Shown one piece after another: positions 9,349 through 17,722 of a stretch of 35,651 nt of DNA (the first letter of the stretch is position 1; the number at the start of each line of letters is the position of its first letter). The notes beneath the pieces were generated by a model that did not search any database, was not told the DNA's origin, and saw only the letters and a program-made list of their open reading frames with translations. The position numbers and the translations under genes were made by a program. Source of the stretch: a virus (lineage: Duplodnaviria > Caudoviricetes); the IMG/VR virus record IMGVR_UViG_3300021408_000054, positions 1 through 35,651 of that record; one strand, written 5' to 3'.

Positions 9349-9692
9349 ACCGTGATCTTGGCTTCTCCCGTTGCCATCTTCACAAGGTGTTCTGCTACGC
9401 CGTCAAACTCGGCTGAACCAGCGAACGCTAGGCAATAATCGTTCGTCATTTCTTCAAACTCAGCAAGCAATCCGGGTCCCACGAAGCACTGACGACAGAG
9501 CCCGATCGCGTGTTCAACTCCCATCTCTGGAGATGATCGTTGACCCTTATTCATGATAACGATCTCTGCCTTCTTAGGTTTGCGGAAGCAGAGAGTCTTA
9601 TCACCGATCTCTATCGTGACAAGCTTACCGTGAAGGCTCCTAAGAGCGTCAACCTTGGAATCAGACGGCGTTTCGGTTTTGGCTTCAGACAT
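9342..9692 (-). CDS. Tail assembly chaperone (lambda gpG-like)
   Basis: 116 aa between tube and tape measure; FRKP motif; ends ...GTA AAA TAG. Confidence 0.8.
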   Translation of the reverse strand: MSEAKTETPSDSKVDALRSLHGKLVTIEIGDKTLCFRKPKKAEIVIMNKGQRSSPEMGVEHAIGLCRQCFVGPGLLAEFEEMTNDYCLAFAGSAEFDGVAEHLVKMATGEAKITVK

Positions 9693-9694
9693 GT

Positions 9695-10132
9695 TCAAAT
9701 CAACTCTTTCCCATTGACCTTCATGGTCATAAAACTAAACGGATATTCGATCTGCAAAGCTCCAGCGCCTTGCTCGTGATCAATGTTGAACGCCTTCAGA
9801 CGACACGAAATGCACTCAACAGAACGCACTAATCCAGACTCGTTAACGAGACTGTAGTCCAGCGTCCATAGCTTCAAGAGCGGCTTCTCTCCCAGGTCCG
9901 TCAAGAAGTCGTTACCCTGTTCAAAGTCAGAGAACGTGAACGAGCCTACACCACCCTGAAGCTGTCCAGGCGTACGGCGTAGCGGCTTATTCGAAGCTCC
10001 AAAGACGAACTCTTCTTCAAGTTCTTGAGCCAGAGAGACGTTGCCGATACACAGATACTGTTTATCGTTCGCCACGATCCGACCGTGCGAAAACGAAAAC
10101 GCGAAACCTTCATGATCTGGGAACGTCGCCAT
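9695..10132 (-). CDS. Tail tube protein (copy B)
   Basis: 145-aa beta-rich protein upstream of the chaperone; clear paralog of 10274-10771. Confidence 0.8.
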   Translation of the reverse strand: MATFPDHEGFAFSFSHGRIVANDKQYLCIGNVSLAQELEEEFVFGASNKPLRRTPGQLQGGVGSFTFSDFEQGNDFLTDLGEKPLLKLWTLDYSLVNESGLVRSVECISCRLKAFNIDHEQGAGALQIEYPFSFMTMKVNGKELI

Positions 10133-10277
10133 TTTCTTTTTCCTTCAGAGTAGAGATAACTTCACGCTTACATTTCTCGATTTCTCTAGCGAGCAATATT
10201 GCGTGCGTTGAATTTCCAACCAAGCTAGCTCCGTATTCAGCTAGCCCAGCGAACGCCTTTTCAATCTTGGACTTCAT
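10110..10277 (-). CDS. Small 55-aa helical protein between tube paralogs
   Basis: ATGA overlap with the tube A stop; MKSKIEKAFAGLAEYGASLVGNSTHAILLAREIEKCKREVISTLKEKENGDVPRS. Confidence 0.55.
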   Translation of the reverse strand: MKSKIEKAFAGLAEYGASLVGNSTHAILLAREIEKCKREVISTLKEKENGDVPRS

Positions 10278-10771
10278 AGCAGGTTCACCAGATTCTGTGC
10301 GATGCCTAGAACCGCTTGAGCGATGCCAGCGGGTGACAGGATAACATCTGCGCCGTCAATGCGCATAGACAGAAACGAGAAAGGGTACTCAGCGCCAAGC
10401 GCTTCAGCGCCAGCCTGATGATCGAACGATACACTAAGCAATCGACATGCCTTGCACTCGATAGAGCGTACGGTGCCGTCTTCCTTAACCAGCGTGTAAT
10501 CCAGAGTCCAGAGCTTCATGAAAGGATCTGGCTTGAGCGAACGAAAGAAATCGGAGCCTTGCTCGAAGTCAGAGAAACGCAAGTTTCCCATTCCCATTCC
10601 AAGCTGTCCCGCGCTACGCCGCAAAGGCGCTCGACTGGTACCGTACACAGGCGTGTCAGACAGATCCTGTGAGATCTTGACTCCGTCAATTCCAATGTAC
10701 TGACGATCGTCTACCTTGATCACAGCGTGCGAGAACGAAATCGCAAAACCGGAATGATCTGGAAAGCCCAT
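10274..10771 (-). CDS. Tail tube protein paralog (copy A) with C-terminal amphipathic extension
   Basis: Shares FPDHxGFAxSFSH, FSDFEQG, KLWTLDY, VRSxEC and EYPFSF with copy B; extra SPAGIAQAVLGIAQNLVNLL. Confidence 0.75.
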   Translation of the reverse strand: MGFPDHSGFAISFSHAVIKVDDRQYIGIDGVKISQDLSDTPVYGTSRAPLRRSAGQLGMGMGNLRFSDFEQGSDFFRSLKPDPFMKLWTLDYTLVKEDGTVRSIECKACRLLSVSFDHQAGAEALGAEYPFSFLSMRIDGADVILSPAGIAQAVLGIAQNLVNLL

Positions 10772-11064
10772 TAGTACGGTTTCCTAAAGTCGTGTTGCGT
10801 GTATGCAAGCTCTATAGAGTCCTGAATCGTCTGAGTCTCATCTTCGCTTTGATCCCAATCACGCTTATGGCCCTGAGACAGGCTCAGTTTGGATTTCTTA
10901 TCCAATTGCGCCTTTATCATGTTGGCCATTTGGATCCTGAGAATCTCGGTCTGAGCCGCGTTGGCAATCGACTGACGCATACACACGAGACTGAAATAGG
11001 CCGACGATCCTGTCAGAAAGACAAGAGCGATAGCATAAATCAGAATCATGGTTCCGGTTGTCAT
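10771..11064 (-). CDS. Single-TM membrane protein, holin/spanin candidate
   Basis: N-terminal hydrophobic ILIYAIALVFLTGSSAYFSLV; ATGA coupling at 11064; two genes downstream of the endolysin. Confidence 0.5.
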   Translation of the reverse strand: MTTGTMILIYAIALVFLTGSSAYFSLVCMRQSIANAAQTEILRIQMANMIKAQLDKKSKLSLSQGHKRDWDQSEDETQTIQDSIELAYTQHDFRKPY

Positions 11065-11318
11065 TTTGCTATATCTCGCAACAGTCCGCGCGCTCTGTAA
11101 CTCAATACAGAAGGACAAGGCGGCGGGTTTGATCGACGATATGCGCGTTTCAGACGTTCTACTTCAACAGTGACTTCAGGTCTTGGATCCGAGCCTCTTG
11201 AAGATCGTCGTTTCGTTTTTCTGTTTCCAGAAGGCGGTTCCAGAGCTTCCAAACCGCGAAACCCAATAGCCCTGCCAATGGCCCTGAAGCAACTAATGAT
11301 TCTCCGATTGATTGCCAT
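11061..11318 (-). CDS. Basic hypothetical protein (lysis cassette)
   Basis: 85 aa, Arg-rich; purine-rich leader (AGAGGAAAAATGGA) before the ATG. Confidence 0.55.
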   Translation of the reverse strand: MAINRRIISCFRAIGRAIGFRGLEALEPPSGNRKTKRRSSRGSDPRPEVTVEVERLKRAYRRSNPPPCPSVLSYRARGLLRDIAK

Positions 11319-11332
11319 TCCATTTTTCCTCT

Positions 11333-11932
11333 TTACCGGGTGACGTTTCCGCCAAACGGCAATCCCGGGGGAATGCCTGGCATTTGAGTTGGTGCAACAG
11401 ACCTGAGAAATTTGACCTGATCGCCCTGACGAGTAACGACCCTGACGGCGCCGTTGTTGTTGCCTTCAACGGTCATCAGAGAGCCCAGCTCAGAGCCCAG
11501 CAACAGACCACAGTGGCCTGTGCCGTCCGAATGCAGGTAGTATACCACGTCAGCCGGTAAAGGCTCAGTCACATTCGGCAGTAGCTTGGACAGGCGCTGA
11601 ACAGAGGCCTCTTTGATTTCAGGGTACCCAGGCAAGCTGATGCACCATGAAACGAACGCGGCGCACCAGGGCAAGCCCAGTGCGCCGCAACGTCGTGTGA
11701 ATATGTCGATCGTCGGGCTCCGATTCGACAACGGCGGAGATTCACACGTTCCAACGAACCCAAGCGCTCTCGCTATGATCTGCTGACGCGGCACGGAATG
11801 CAGCGACAGATCAAGAGCCCATTGCGTTTTCTTACCGATCTTGCCGTCGTCTAGCAGCCTGACGCCTAAGTGATCGGTGTGTTCTCTCTGAAAGTCTGCG
11901 ATTGCAGAACCACTCAGGGATAGCGAGAGCAT
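11333..11932 (-). CDS. Endolysin: PG-binding-like N-terminus + CHAP domain
   Basis: DG.IG..T..AL motif; CHAP signature PWCAAFVSW...GHCG...VEGN. Confidence 0.85.
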   Translation of the reverse strand: MLSLSLSGSAIADFQREHTDHLGVRLLDDGKIGKKTQWALDLSLHSVPRQQIIARALGFVGTCESPPLSNRSPTIDIFTRRCGALGLPWCAAFVSWCISLPGYPEIKEASVQRLSKLLPNVTEPLPADVVYYLHSDGTGHCGLLLGSELGSLMTVEGNNNGAVRVVTRQGDQVKFLRSVAPTQMPGIPPGLPFGGNVTR

Positions 11933-11955
11933 AGTAAATTCCTTTACCCGTCAGC

Positions 11956-13461
11956 TTAAGCAAGTTGAAGCTTAAACGATAGAGTAGTTGTGAAGCGCTT
12001 TGCATATCCCAACGGGATCGAGCTCACGGTCGCAATGATCGTCTTGGTTGAAAGTACATTGTTGGTTCTGTCGACTTGGTAACCAATGTCAGAGACATGA
12101 CCAATCTTACCGTCAATACGGGTCGGGCCAACGCCACGAAGCGACGAACCGATCACATTGTCTAGCGCGCGCTGAACTCGCTTCTCAATGCTCTGTGCCG
12201 CGTCTTCAGTCAACGAACCAGTGCCGTCACCCTTGACCGTGAAGCTCTGAGAAATCAGATCCGTATGCTGAGCGGACACGGTCCGACACGCCAGATCCAT
12301 GATGCGCCGGTGCTGCCAGAACTCGAAATCAGAGCCTAGCGGGCTCGACATTGGCGCATTGGTCAGGAAGAATCCGGGCTTGTTCGGATACGTGCGAAGC
12401 GTTGCGAACTTCGCGGTATCTAGCCCAGCGTTATTCAGAAACTCGTTCTGAGAAATCGACTGGCAACCTGGAATTGCTCCAGCGCTGTCAGCTCCAGACA
12501 CGATTGCAAGGTCAGTGCTAACAACGTTGCCGGCTGCCCTGAGCCCGACGAAGTTGACGGTCCCCATCTTCGCAAACGCTCTTCCTACCAACGGGAACGG
12601 TGCCGGCACATAGAAGTTTCCGAAACATTTAAGGCTTCGTTCGCTAGCAAAACCAGTCGTTGCGTAAGACGTGATTTGGGTAGCGGCCACATCTCGACCG
12701 CTGTTCATAATCGCCCCAAAGTAACGATCGAACGTGGTAACGAAACTGTCCATTTTCGTCTCAGTTGCAGCGAGCAACAGAGAACCAGCGACAGACGTTG
12801 GGGCATCACCAGCAATCAGGAAATAATCCCATTGAAGCAACGAAAGCTCAGCAGCCGTGAACGCGAGGTTTAGGTTCGTTGCATCAAAGTGCGGCGCATT
12901 CGCTTGTACCACGTAGAACGATCCAGCGACGTACGGAGCGACCGTGCCGACGCCAAACTCGGCGCTTACACCAGACGTTCCTAGAGCGACGATAGCGGCA
13001 GCCTGAAGCTCTGGGGACTGAGTAAGGCCACCGTCTAACGAATAAGTGAATTTCGTAACGGTGCGTGCGCCACCAACCGTAATCGTAATCTTGACGTCAA
13101 AGTCATTCTTGGGTGCGCTAGTAGCCACAACGAATGCAACGGCGTTATCAGCACCACCACCAGAGCTTGCCACAGTAGAAATCGTCGTAAGGTTCGTCGA
13201 CGTATACGAAGCCGCAACGTTGCTCGTTACTCGCGTGCAGACCACAGGGCCACCAGCAAGGCCTAGAATGAACCCAGCCATGTCATTACCAGGACCGTGA
13301 ACACCGAAAGCGTCCTTCAGGTTACGCGGGTTGCCGATAACAGTAGGAAGATTGACGGTTCCGCTTTCGAAAACACCAATGATATGAGGGATAGAACTAG
13401 CTGGCGTGGAGATTCCCAAGCCGCCGTCAAGGATGGTATTAGTAACGCCAGGTAGAGGCAT
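11956..13461 (-). CDS. Contractile tail sheath protein (DUF2586-like)
   Basis: MPLPGV...DGGLG start; TLRTY...GFF...SDF...RRIMDLACR; terminal PLGYAK. Confidence 0.9.
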   Translation of the reverse strand: MPLPGVTNTILDGGLGISTPASSIPHIIGVFESGTVNLPTVIGNPRNLKDAFGVHGPGNDMAGFILGLAGGPVVCTRVTSNVAASYTSTNLTTISTVASSGGGADNAVAFVVATSAPKNDFDVKITITVGGARTVTKFTYSLDGGLTQSPELQAAAIVALGTSGVSAEFGVGTVAPYVAGSFYVVQANAPHFDATNLNLAFTAAELSLLQWDYFLIAGDAPTSVAGSLLLAATETKMDSFVTTFDRYFGAIMNSGRDVAATQITSYATTGFASERSLKCFGNFYVPAPFPLVGRAFAKMGTVNFVGLRAAGNVVSTDLAIVSGADSAGAIPGCQSISQNEFLNNAGLDTAKFATLRTYPNKPGFFLTNAPMSSPLGSDFEFWQHRRIMDLACRTVSAQHTDLISQSFTVKGDGTGSLTEDAAQSIEKRVQRALDNVIGSSLRGVGPTRIDGKIGHVSDIGYQVDRTNNVLSTKTIIATVSSIPLGYAKRFTTTLSFKLQLA

Positions 13462-13463
13462 GA

Positions 13464-13964
13464 TTACGGGTCTCCAATTTCAAAGGCTAAACTTGTGTCA
13501 TCAATCACAACGGACAGAGGCACAGGCGGAGCAACTCTCAACTTAATGATCAACTCAAAAACCAAAATAGGCTGGCGCACCGTATGTGCTCCACCCTTAG
13601 AATCTTGTCCGCCCCATTCGTAAGCGTTCTCAGCTTCAAACGCATTCGGGCCCATGATATCGAAAATCGCGTTAATTAAGTTGTCGAACAACTGATCGAG
13701 CGTGTCTTCGTTCTCGGCGGCAAGTGTGACCTTCAGGCGCTCGTTCCGAGCGAAACGCCCATGTCGAGTGACGTTCCTGACGCTTAGAGGGACGTTCGCG
13801 CTACTGAACTTTACGGTGCCTGACGCGCGCTCGAACGAGATACGGCGCTTCTGGTCGCGACGTCCAGCAAGCTTGCCTGTAGCGCCTTCAGTGAACAGCA
13901 CAGAGGCGTCAGCAAGCTGTGCCTCCACCGCCTGAACGAAGTCGTCAAAGCTACTGTCTGCCAC
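13464..13964 (-). CDS. Putative tail terminator/neck protein
   Basis: 166 aa immediately upstream of the sheath; synteny only. Confidence 0.5.
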   Translation of the reverse strand: MADSSFDDFVQAVEAQLADASVLFTEGATGKLAGRRDQKRRISFERASGTVKFSSANVPLSVRNVTRHGRFARNERLKVTLAAENEDTLDQLFDNLINAIFDIMGPNAFEAENAYEWGGQDSKGGAHTVRQPILVFELIIKLRVAPPVPLSVVIDDTSLAFEIGDP

Positions 13965-14379
13965 GAAAGTGTTCTTTCAGAGCTTGCGGAAGGATCTTCA
14001 CAATGCGCGCTCGCCATTTCGGAGACAGGCGCTTATCCGGGATCATCTTGCGAGCTACCATCTTGCGCGTTGAGTCCTGATGCCAACGCGCGTAAGGGGC
14101 ATCGTTACCGAACGAGCATGCGTACTTTGCGACCCTGACGAACCAGCCTTGACGCAACGTAAGCGTCTTGTTCATGAGGGGGTAAGGCGTCCCTCCACGC
14201 TTCAGATACAGGCTATACCAACTCTTTCGCCTTGCCCATTTGCGTCCAACCGGATCCGTTTTAGTTCGGAAACCTTCGTCGATTAGCGTCAGAGCTTCTT
14301 TTCTGATCAGCTGAGACGACCTGAGCAACGCCTCATCAGACTTCTCTAGCCGACGAATGAAGCGCTTAAATTCTGCCAT
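13951..14379 (-). CDS. Virion morphogenesis/tail completion protein (Mu gpG / P2 gpS-like)
   Basis: F....DP.G..W...L..T..L...YA..HQ...AR..I pattern; basic. Start set to ATG 14379. Confidence 0.85.
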   Translation of the reverse strand: MAEFKRFIRRLEKSDEALLRSSQLIRKEALTLIDEGFRTKTDPVGRKWARRKSWYSLYLKRGGTPYPLMNKTLTLRQGWFVRVAKYACSFGNDAPYARWHQDSTRKMVARKMIPDKRLSPKWRARIVKILPQALKEHFRGRQ

Positions 14380-14776
14380 CGTTGCGGATGCCGAGATTGC
14401 GGACAATGCTTCTAACGATAGGCCCGCCTTCGTGCACAGCGTCAGTAGCATCAGCCAAAATATCTAGACTCACTTTGCCGCAAGCGAGTTTCTCAAGCCA
14501 TTTCACAGTGTCTTGATAGCCAGACTTGATCGATTCATCCGGACCAGCCTCTGGGTCCCAACCCAGAGACTGGAGCGCGTACCACATAGAGATTCGAACG
14601 CTCGAATCCTTGATCTCCAGTGGAGTACTACTCAGCGGAAGCGCGTAACGTCCTCGCAAGTGACTATCGATGAAAGCGTCAGCTCTCGCGATAATCGCTG
14701 CTGGATCCGCTAGCTCATCAACGGCGGCTTGACGTAAGCCGCCGTTGACGAGATCCGCTTCCACTGAGTAAGCCAA
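14366..14776 (-). CDS. Head-tail adaptor (Mu gp36 / DUF1320)
   Basis: AYS..ADL, IDSHL.GRY.LPL and Y..T.KWL..LA.GKVSL motifs; follows the capsid gene. Confidence 0.9.
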   Translation of the reverse strand: MAYSVEADLVNGGLRQAAVDELADPAAIIARADAFIDSHLRGRYALPLSSTPLEIKDSSVRISMWYALQSLGWDPEAGPDESIKSGYQDTVKWLEKLACGKVSLDILADATDAVHEGGPIVRSIVRNLGIRNDGRI

Positions 14777-14777
14777 C

Positions 14778-15692
14778 TTAGATAGCCTTTGCCATCAAGA
14801 ACCACGGACCGTAACTCGCCACAGCGCGACCGTCTTGACCCCAAACGAATTCCTTGTGAAAGAATACGTTCGCGTCATCAACGTTCGTAAGCGAAGTCAT
14901 CTTGACCGCTTCACGAAGCTGGTAGATCAAAGGCTTGATCGACTTCGTGGTATCAGCAACGAACCATTCAGTCGGAGCGTTGGCAAGCTCAGGAATTACA
15001 ATGTAATTCATGTCTCCTTTTTGAATGTTCGTTGAACCGTTCGCGGCGCGCTCAGCAAACAGAATCGTCTTTGCAGCAAACTCGAGTTGCGGCGGGACGA
15101 TCAACAGGTTCGGATAGACACCCATTGGAAGCCCGTCTTCACCCGTGTAGCTGATCATGGCCTGACGAACCTTGTCCAGGCCGACACCAGCGCCCGCAAC
15201 CAGAGGAGTCGCGCCAGACGTTGCAGCGGTAAACAGATTGCTCTGGACACCAGCCGGATTCAGCGTGTGCAACGCGCTGAAGAACGGGAGACCGTCAAAG
15301 CCGAGCGAAGCAGCGGCGGAACCAGCCTGGAGAGCACCCTGAACCAAGATGTCAGGGAGTTTCTTGCCCTGACGCCCCATCTCAGACATGAGCGGAGACC
15401 AGATACCCAAGTTATCGTCAGCAAAGTCGTTCCTGGGAACCTTCACGGTCAATTCCCAGTCCTTATTTTCGACAACGAACGAATGGGTATTCAGGTTCTG
15501 AAAGAGCCTTGGTCCAACCCATTCACGCATCTGTAGAATGCGTTGCATCCAACCGTAAGTGTTCGTCTTGGTAGACGACGGAATAACGGTTGCGATATTT
15601 TGATACCAGTTGGGGGTTTCGCTCCATGCTGCACCATACAGCATGCTGAACGTGGTCTGAAGAATTGAGATAGCAGTTTTAGTGATGAGCAT
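14778..15692 (-). CDS. Major capsid protein (Mu gpT-like)
   Basis: YGW.....MREWVG.R, NK.WE.T..V.R.D..DD.LG, FDG.PFF...H and L.VPP.LE motifs. Confidence 0.95.
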   Translation of the reverse strand: MLITKTAISILQTTFSMLYGAAWSETPNWYQNIATVIPSSTKTNTYGWMQRILQMREWVGPRLFQNLNTHSFVVENKDWELTVKVPRNDFADDNLGIWSPLMSEMGRQGKKLPDILVQGALQAGSAAASLGFDGLPFFSALHTLNPAGVQSNLFTAATSGATPLVAGAGVGLDKVRQAMISYTGEDGLPMGVYPNLLIVPPQLEFAAKTILFAERAANGSTNIQKGDMNYIVIPELANAPTEWFVADTTKSIKPLIYQLREAVKMTSLTNVDDANVFFHKEFVWGQDGRAVASYGPWFLMAKAI

Positions 15693-15704
15693 TGTCGTAA
15701 AACC

Positions 15705-16148
15705 TTAGGTCGCATCAACCGTCTGCGACGAGTTACGCGGCCACTGAATGGTAACGAACACCAAAGTCGTTGAAGCGACTTCGTATACGATACCAGCGAT
15801 AGCGTTGGTGCCAGCCGTCACGCCAACGGTTTCGTTGTCGATAGCGTAGACTTCTTTGCCGACGTCGTTCTGAGCAATACCAGCAGCCGCATTTATGAAA
15901 CCGAAAGTGCCGGTGTTAAACTGAATCTTTCGCGTATTGCTTGCGCCCGTAAGAACGGTTTCCTGACATACACCGCAAACAACCAGTGTCGCGCCAGCAG
16001 AGCCTACAACCGGCGCAAGCTTTCCGTTTGCGTCGACATAAACCATCATGCCTTTGAAATACTGAGTCGAGTCCAGACCCTGAATGGCATGAATGCCACC
16101 AGAGGAATGCTCGAGCTCAAGAACAGATTTTTCAGCAGTAATTGCCAT
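15705..16148 (-). CDS. Capsid cement/decoration protein
   Basis: 147 aa between protease and capsid; DVGKEVY..D..TV motif. Confidence 0.75.
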   Translation of the reverse strand: MAITAEKSVLELEHSSGGIHAIQGLDSTQYFKGMMVYVDANGKLAPVVGSAGATLVVCGVCQETVLTGASNTRKIQFNTGTFGFINAAAGIAQNDVGKEVYAIDNETVGVTAGTNAIAGIVYEVASTTLVFVTIQWPRNSSQTVDAT

Positions 16149-16654
16149 TACGACACCTGAGCCTTCTTCATGGGAAACTCACCTGGCACGAAGGCGCCGT
16201 TATGAGCCGAAAGGAAAGTCTGCATTTCCGCAAACTCCGAAGTCTTTGAAGTGAGACCAAACATCTCAAGGATCTTGTTCGTCTCTTCCGCCACAGCGAC
16301 GGGAGCCGTTGCGACGGGAGCCGTCACAGAGGTAGACGACGCAACAGCAGCCGGCGCGGCCGCTCCGAAACTCTCCAGGACGCCGAAGGTCTGGGTTTTG
16401 GCCCAAGCATGTAGCGACGGGGCTAGCTTGCCAGCCGCACTCAGCGTGGCAATTAGACCGTCCCGTTTGGCCGTCTCAGCGGCGGTGGACAACTCAGTCA
16501 CCTGAGTCGCAAGCTTCGTGTTATCGGCCGTCAGCGTGGCAACCTGAGCCGTCACGGTGGCAGCATGCGTACCAAGTGCTTTGATCTTGGGCTCGACTTC
16601 AGAGACTGCGGCGCAGCCTAGAATCCCGAGCAAGCGGGCCAATTCTGGATCCAT
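16148..16654 (-). CDS. Putative nested in-frame scaffold protein (Mu gpZ-like)
   Basis: In-frame ATG (MDPELARLLG) preceded by GGAG at 9-nt spacing, at the protease/coiled-coil boundary. Confidence 0.6.
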   Translation of the reverse strand: MDPELARLLGILGCAAVSEVEPKIKALGTHAATVTAQVATLTADNTKLATQVTELSTAAETAKRDGLIATLSAAGKLAPSLHAWAKTQTFGVLESFGAAAPAAVASSTSVTAPVATAPVAVAEETNKILEMFGLTSKTSEFAEMQTFLSAHNGAFVPGEFPMKKAQVS

Positions 16655-17134
16655 CTTGATTTTCTCCGTTACTCGGGTCTTAGACCCTACACTCGTGGCA
16701 ACGATCGGCTTCTGACCGTTCGTTGCAGGCATACACAGCAGAGCCACGTTCATTAGCTCTAGGATTCGTCCGTCTTCATATCCGACGTAACAGAACGGCG
16801 AATAGAACCGGTATTCTCGATTGGACAGAGCGGTTAGAGCGGCTGGTGTCCACTGAATTTGAGTGGCCCAAAGCTCCCCGCCTCTGCCTTCTGGAACGAA
16901 CCAAGCTGAAGCTCTATGATCCGTCCCGTAGACCATTCCGTGACCGTAATCAAAAGGCAGCTTGTCTAAGCCGCGCTTCTGGAAACGAGACATAACCATC
17001 TCGCAAGCTTTCGCGTCGCAGATGATCGGGCCCTTAGTTGTCTCGTTCAGGCCATTCGCAAACAGACGTAGCTCGGTAGGCGGATCTTTCGATTCGCCTA
17101 ACGAGAGAATCAGTGTTCTCTTACGAGTTTTCAC
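16148..17134 (-). CDS. Prohead protease (Mu gpI-like) with C-terminal scaffold
   Basis: P.DY.H, A..W, LWA..I.WT..A...L...EYR..SP.. and VAL...PA motifs; coiled-coil C-terminus. Confidence 0.9.
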   Translation of the reverse strand: MKTRKRTLILSLGESKDPPTELRLFANGLNETTKGPIICDAKACEMVMSRFQKRGLDKLPFDYGHGMVYGTDHRASAWFVPEGRGGELWATQIQWTPAALTALSNREYRFYSPFCYVGYEDGRILELMNVALLCMPATNGQKPIVATSVGSKTRVTEKIKMDPELARLLGILGCAAVSEVEPKIKALGTHAATVTAQVATLTADNTKLATQVTELSTAAETAKRDGLIATLSAAGKLAPSLHAWAKTQTFGVLESFGAAAPAAVASSTSVTAPVATAPVAVAEETNKILEMFGLTSKTSEFAEMQTFLSAHNGAFVPGEFPMKKAQVS

Positions 17135-17483
17135 TCTCCCAAGCTTTCATCTCTTTCTCAGAGAGTTTGCGCTCAGTCAGCAACGTCTTGCGAACATGCT
17201 GACGCTCGAAAACGTGCCGCTTCTCGGTCTCAACATAACCGTCTTTCATGACGTTCTTCCCTTCAGCCGTAAGCTTAGGGACGTTGATTTCGATCAGCTT
17301 GTCTTCAGGGATACGATCACACGTATCCTTGATCGACTTGTAAGCGTAGCTACGGAGGAACTGATTCGTTAGCGACGGAACTTCGCCGGTCTTAACGAGT
17401 CGTTCGAATTCTCTAACGCCAACTTCTTCAAATTTGGCGTGAAGCTCATTGATTGGGGCGTTCGGATGCTGGATTTCTGACAT
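17121..17483 (-). CDS. Hypothetical protein leading the head operon
   Basis: 120 aa, AGGAG SD, overlaps the protease start. Confidence 0.75.
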   Translation of the reverse strand: MSEIQHPNAPINELHAKFEEVGVREFERLVKTGEVPSLTNQFLRSYAYKSIKDTCDRIPEDKLIEINVPKLTAEGKNVMKDGYVETEKRHVFERQHVRKTLLTERKLSEKEMKAWESENS

Positions 17484-17532
17484 GGGTAAGGCTCCTGAAC
17501 AGAAGCCTACCCGAAATCAGGGAAAGACGCAA
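17484..17532 (-). promoter_or_regulatory. Sigma70-like promoter overlapping an SD-sequestering hairpin
   Basis: TTGCGT-N17-TAGGCT; GGGTA-GGCTTCT-gttc-AGGAGCC-t-TACCC inverted repeat covers the SD. Confidence 0.55.
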
Positions 17533-17545
17533 CGTCAAGTTAATT

Positions 17546-17722
17546 TTAGTTAACGGCCTGAAGGCCCATTCGCACGAGACCGTCCAACGGGATCTTGTGC
17601 TTCTTATTTAACTTGACAATCCTATTTATCTCCTTCAGCCAATTCGCGCGTGTGTACGGTCTATTGGTATCGAGCCGGCGCGCAGCCTGAAAAATCTCTT
17701 CAATCAGCTTATCTCGTGTCAT
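17546..17722 (-). CDS. 58-aa ORF coupled to the MuF-peptidase; immunity candidate
   Basis: ATGA overlap with the MuF stop; MTRDKLIEEIFQAARRLDTNRPYTRANWLKEINRIVKLNKKHKIPLDGLVRMGLQAVN; below the ORF-track cut-off. Confidence 0.6.
   Translation of the reverse strand: MTRDKLIEEIFQAARRLDTNRPYTRANWLKEINRIVKLNKKHKIPLDGLVRMGLQAVN

Noticed and set aside
5394-13461. Stand-alone eCIS/tailocin locus
   Set aside because: Complete head, portal and terminase genes are contiguous, so this is a phage tail.
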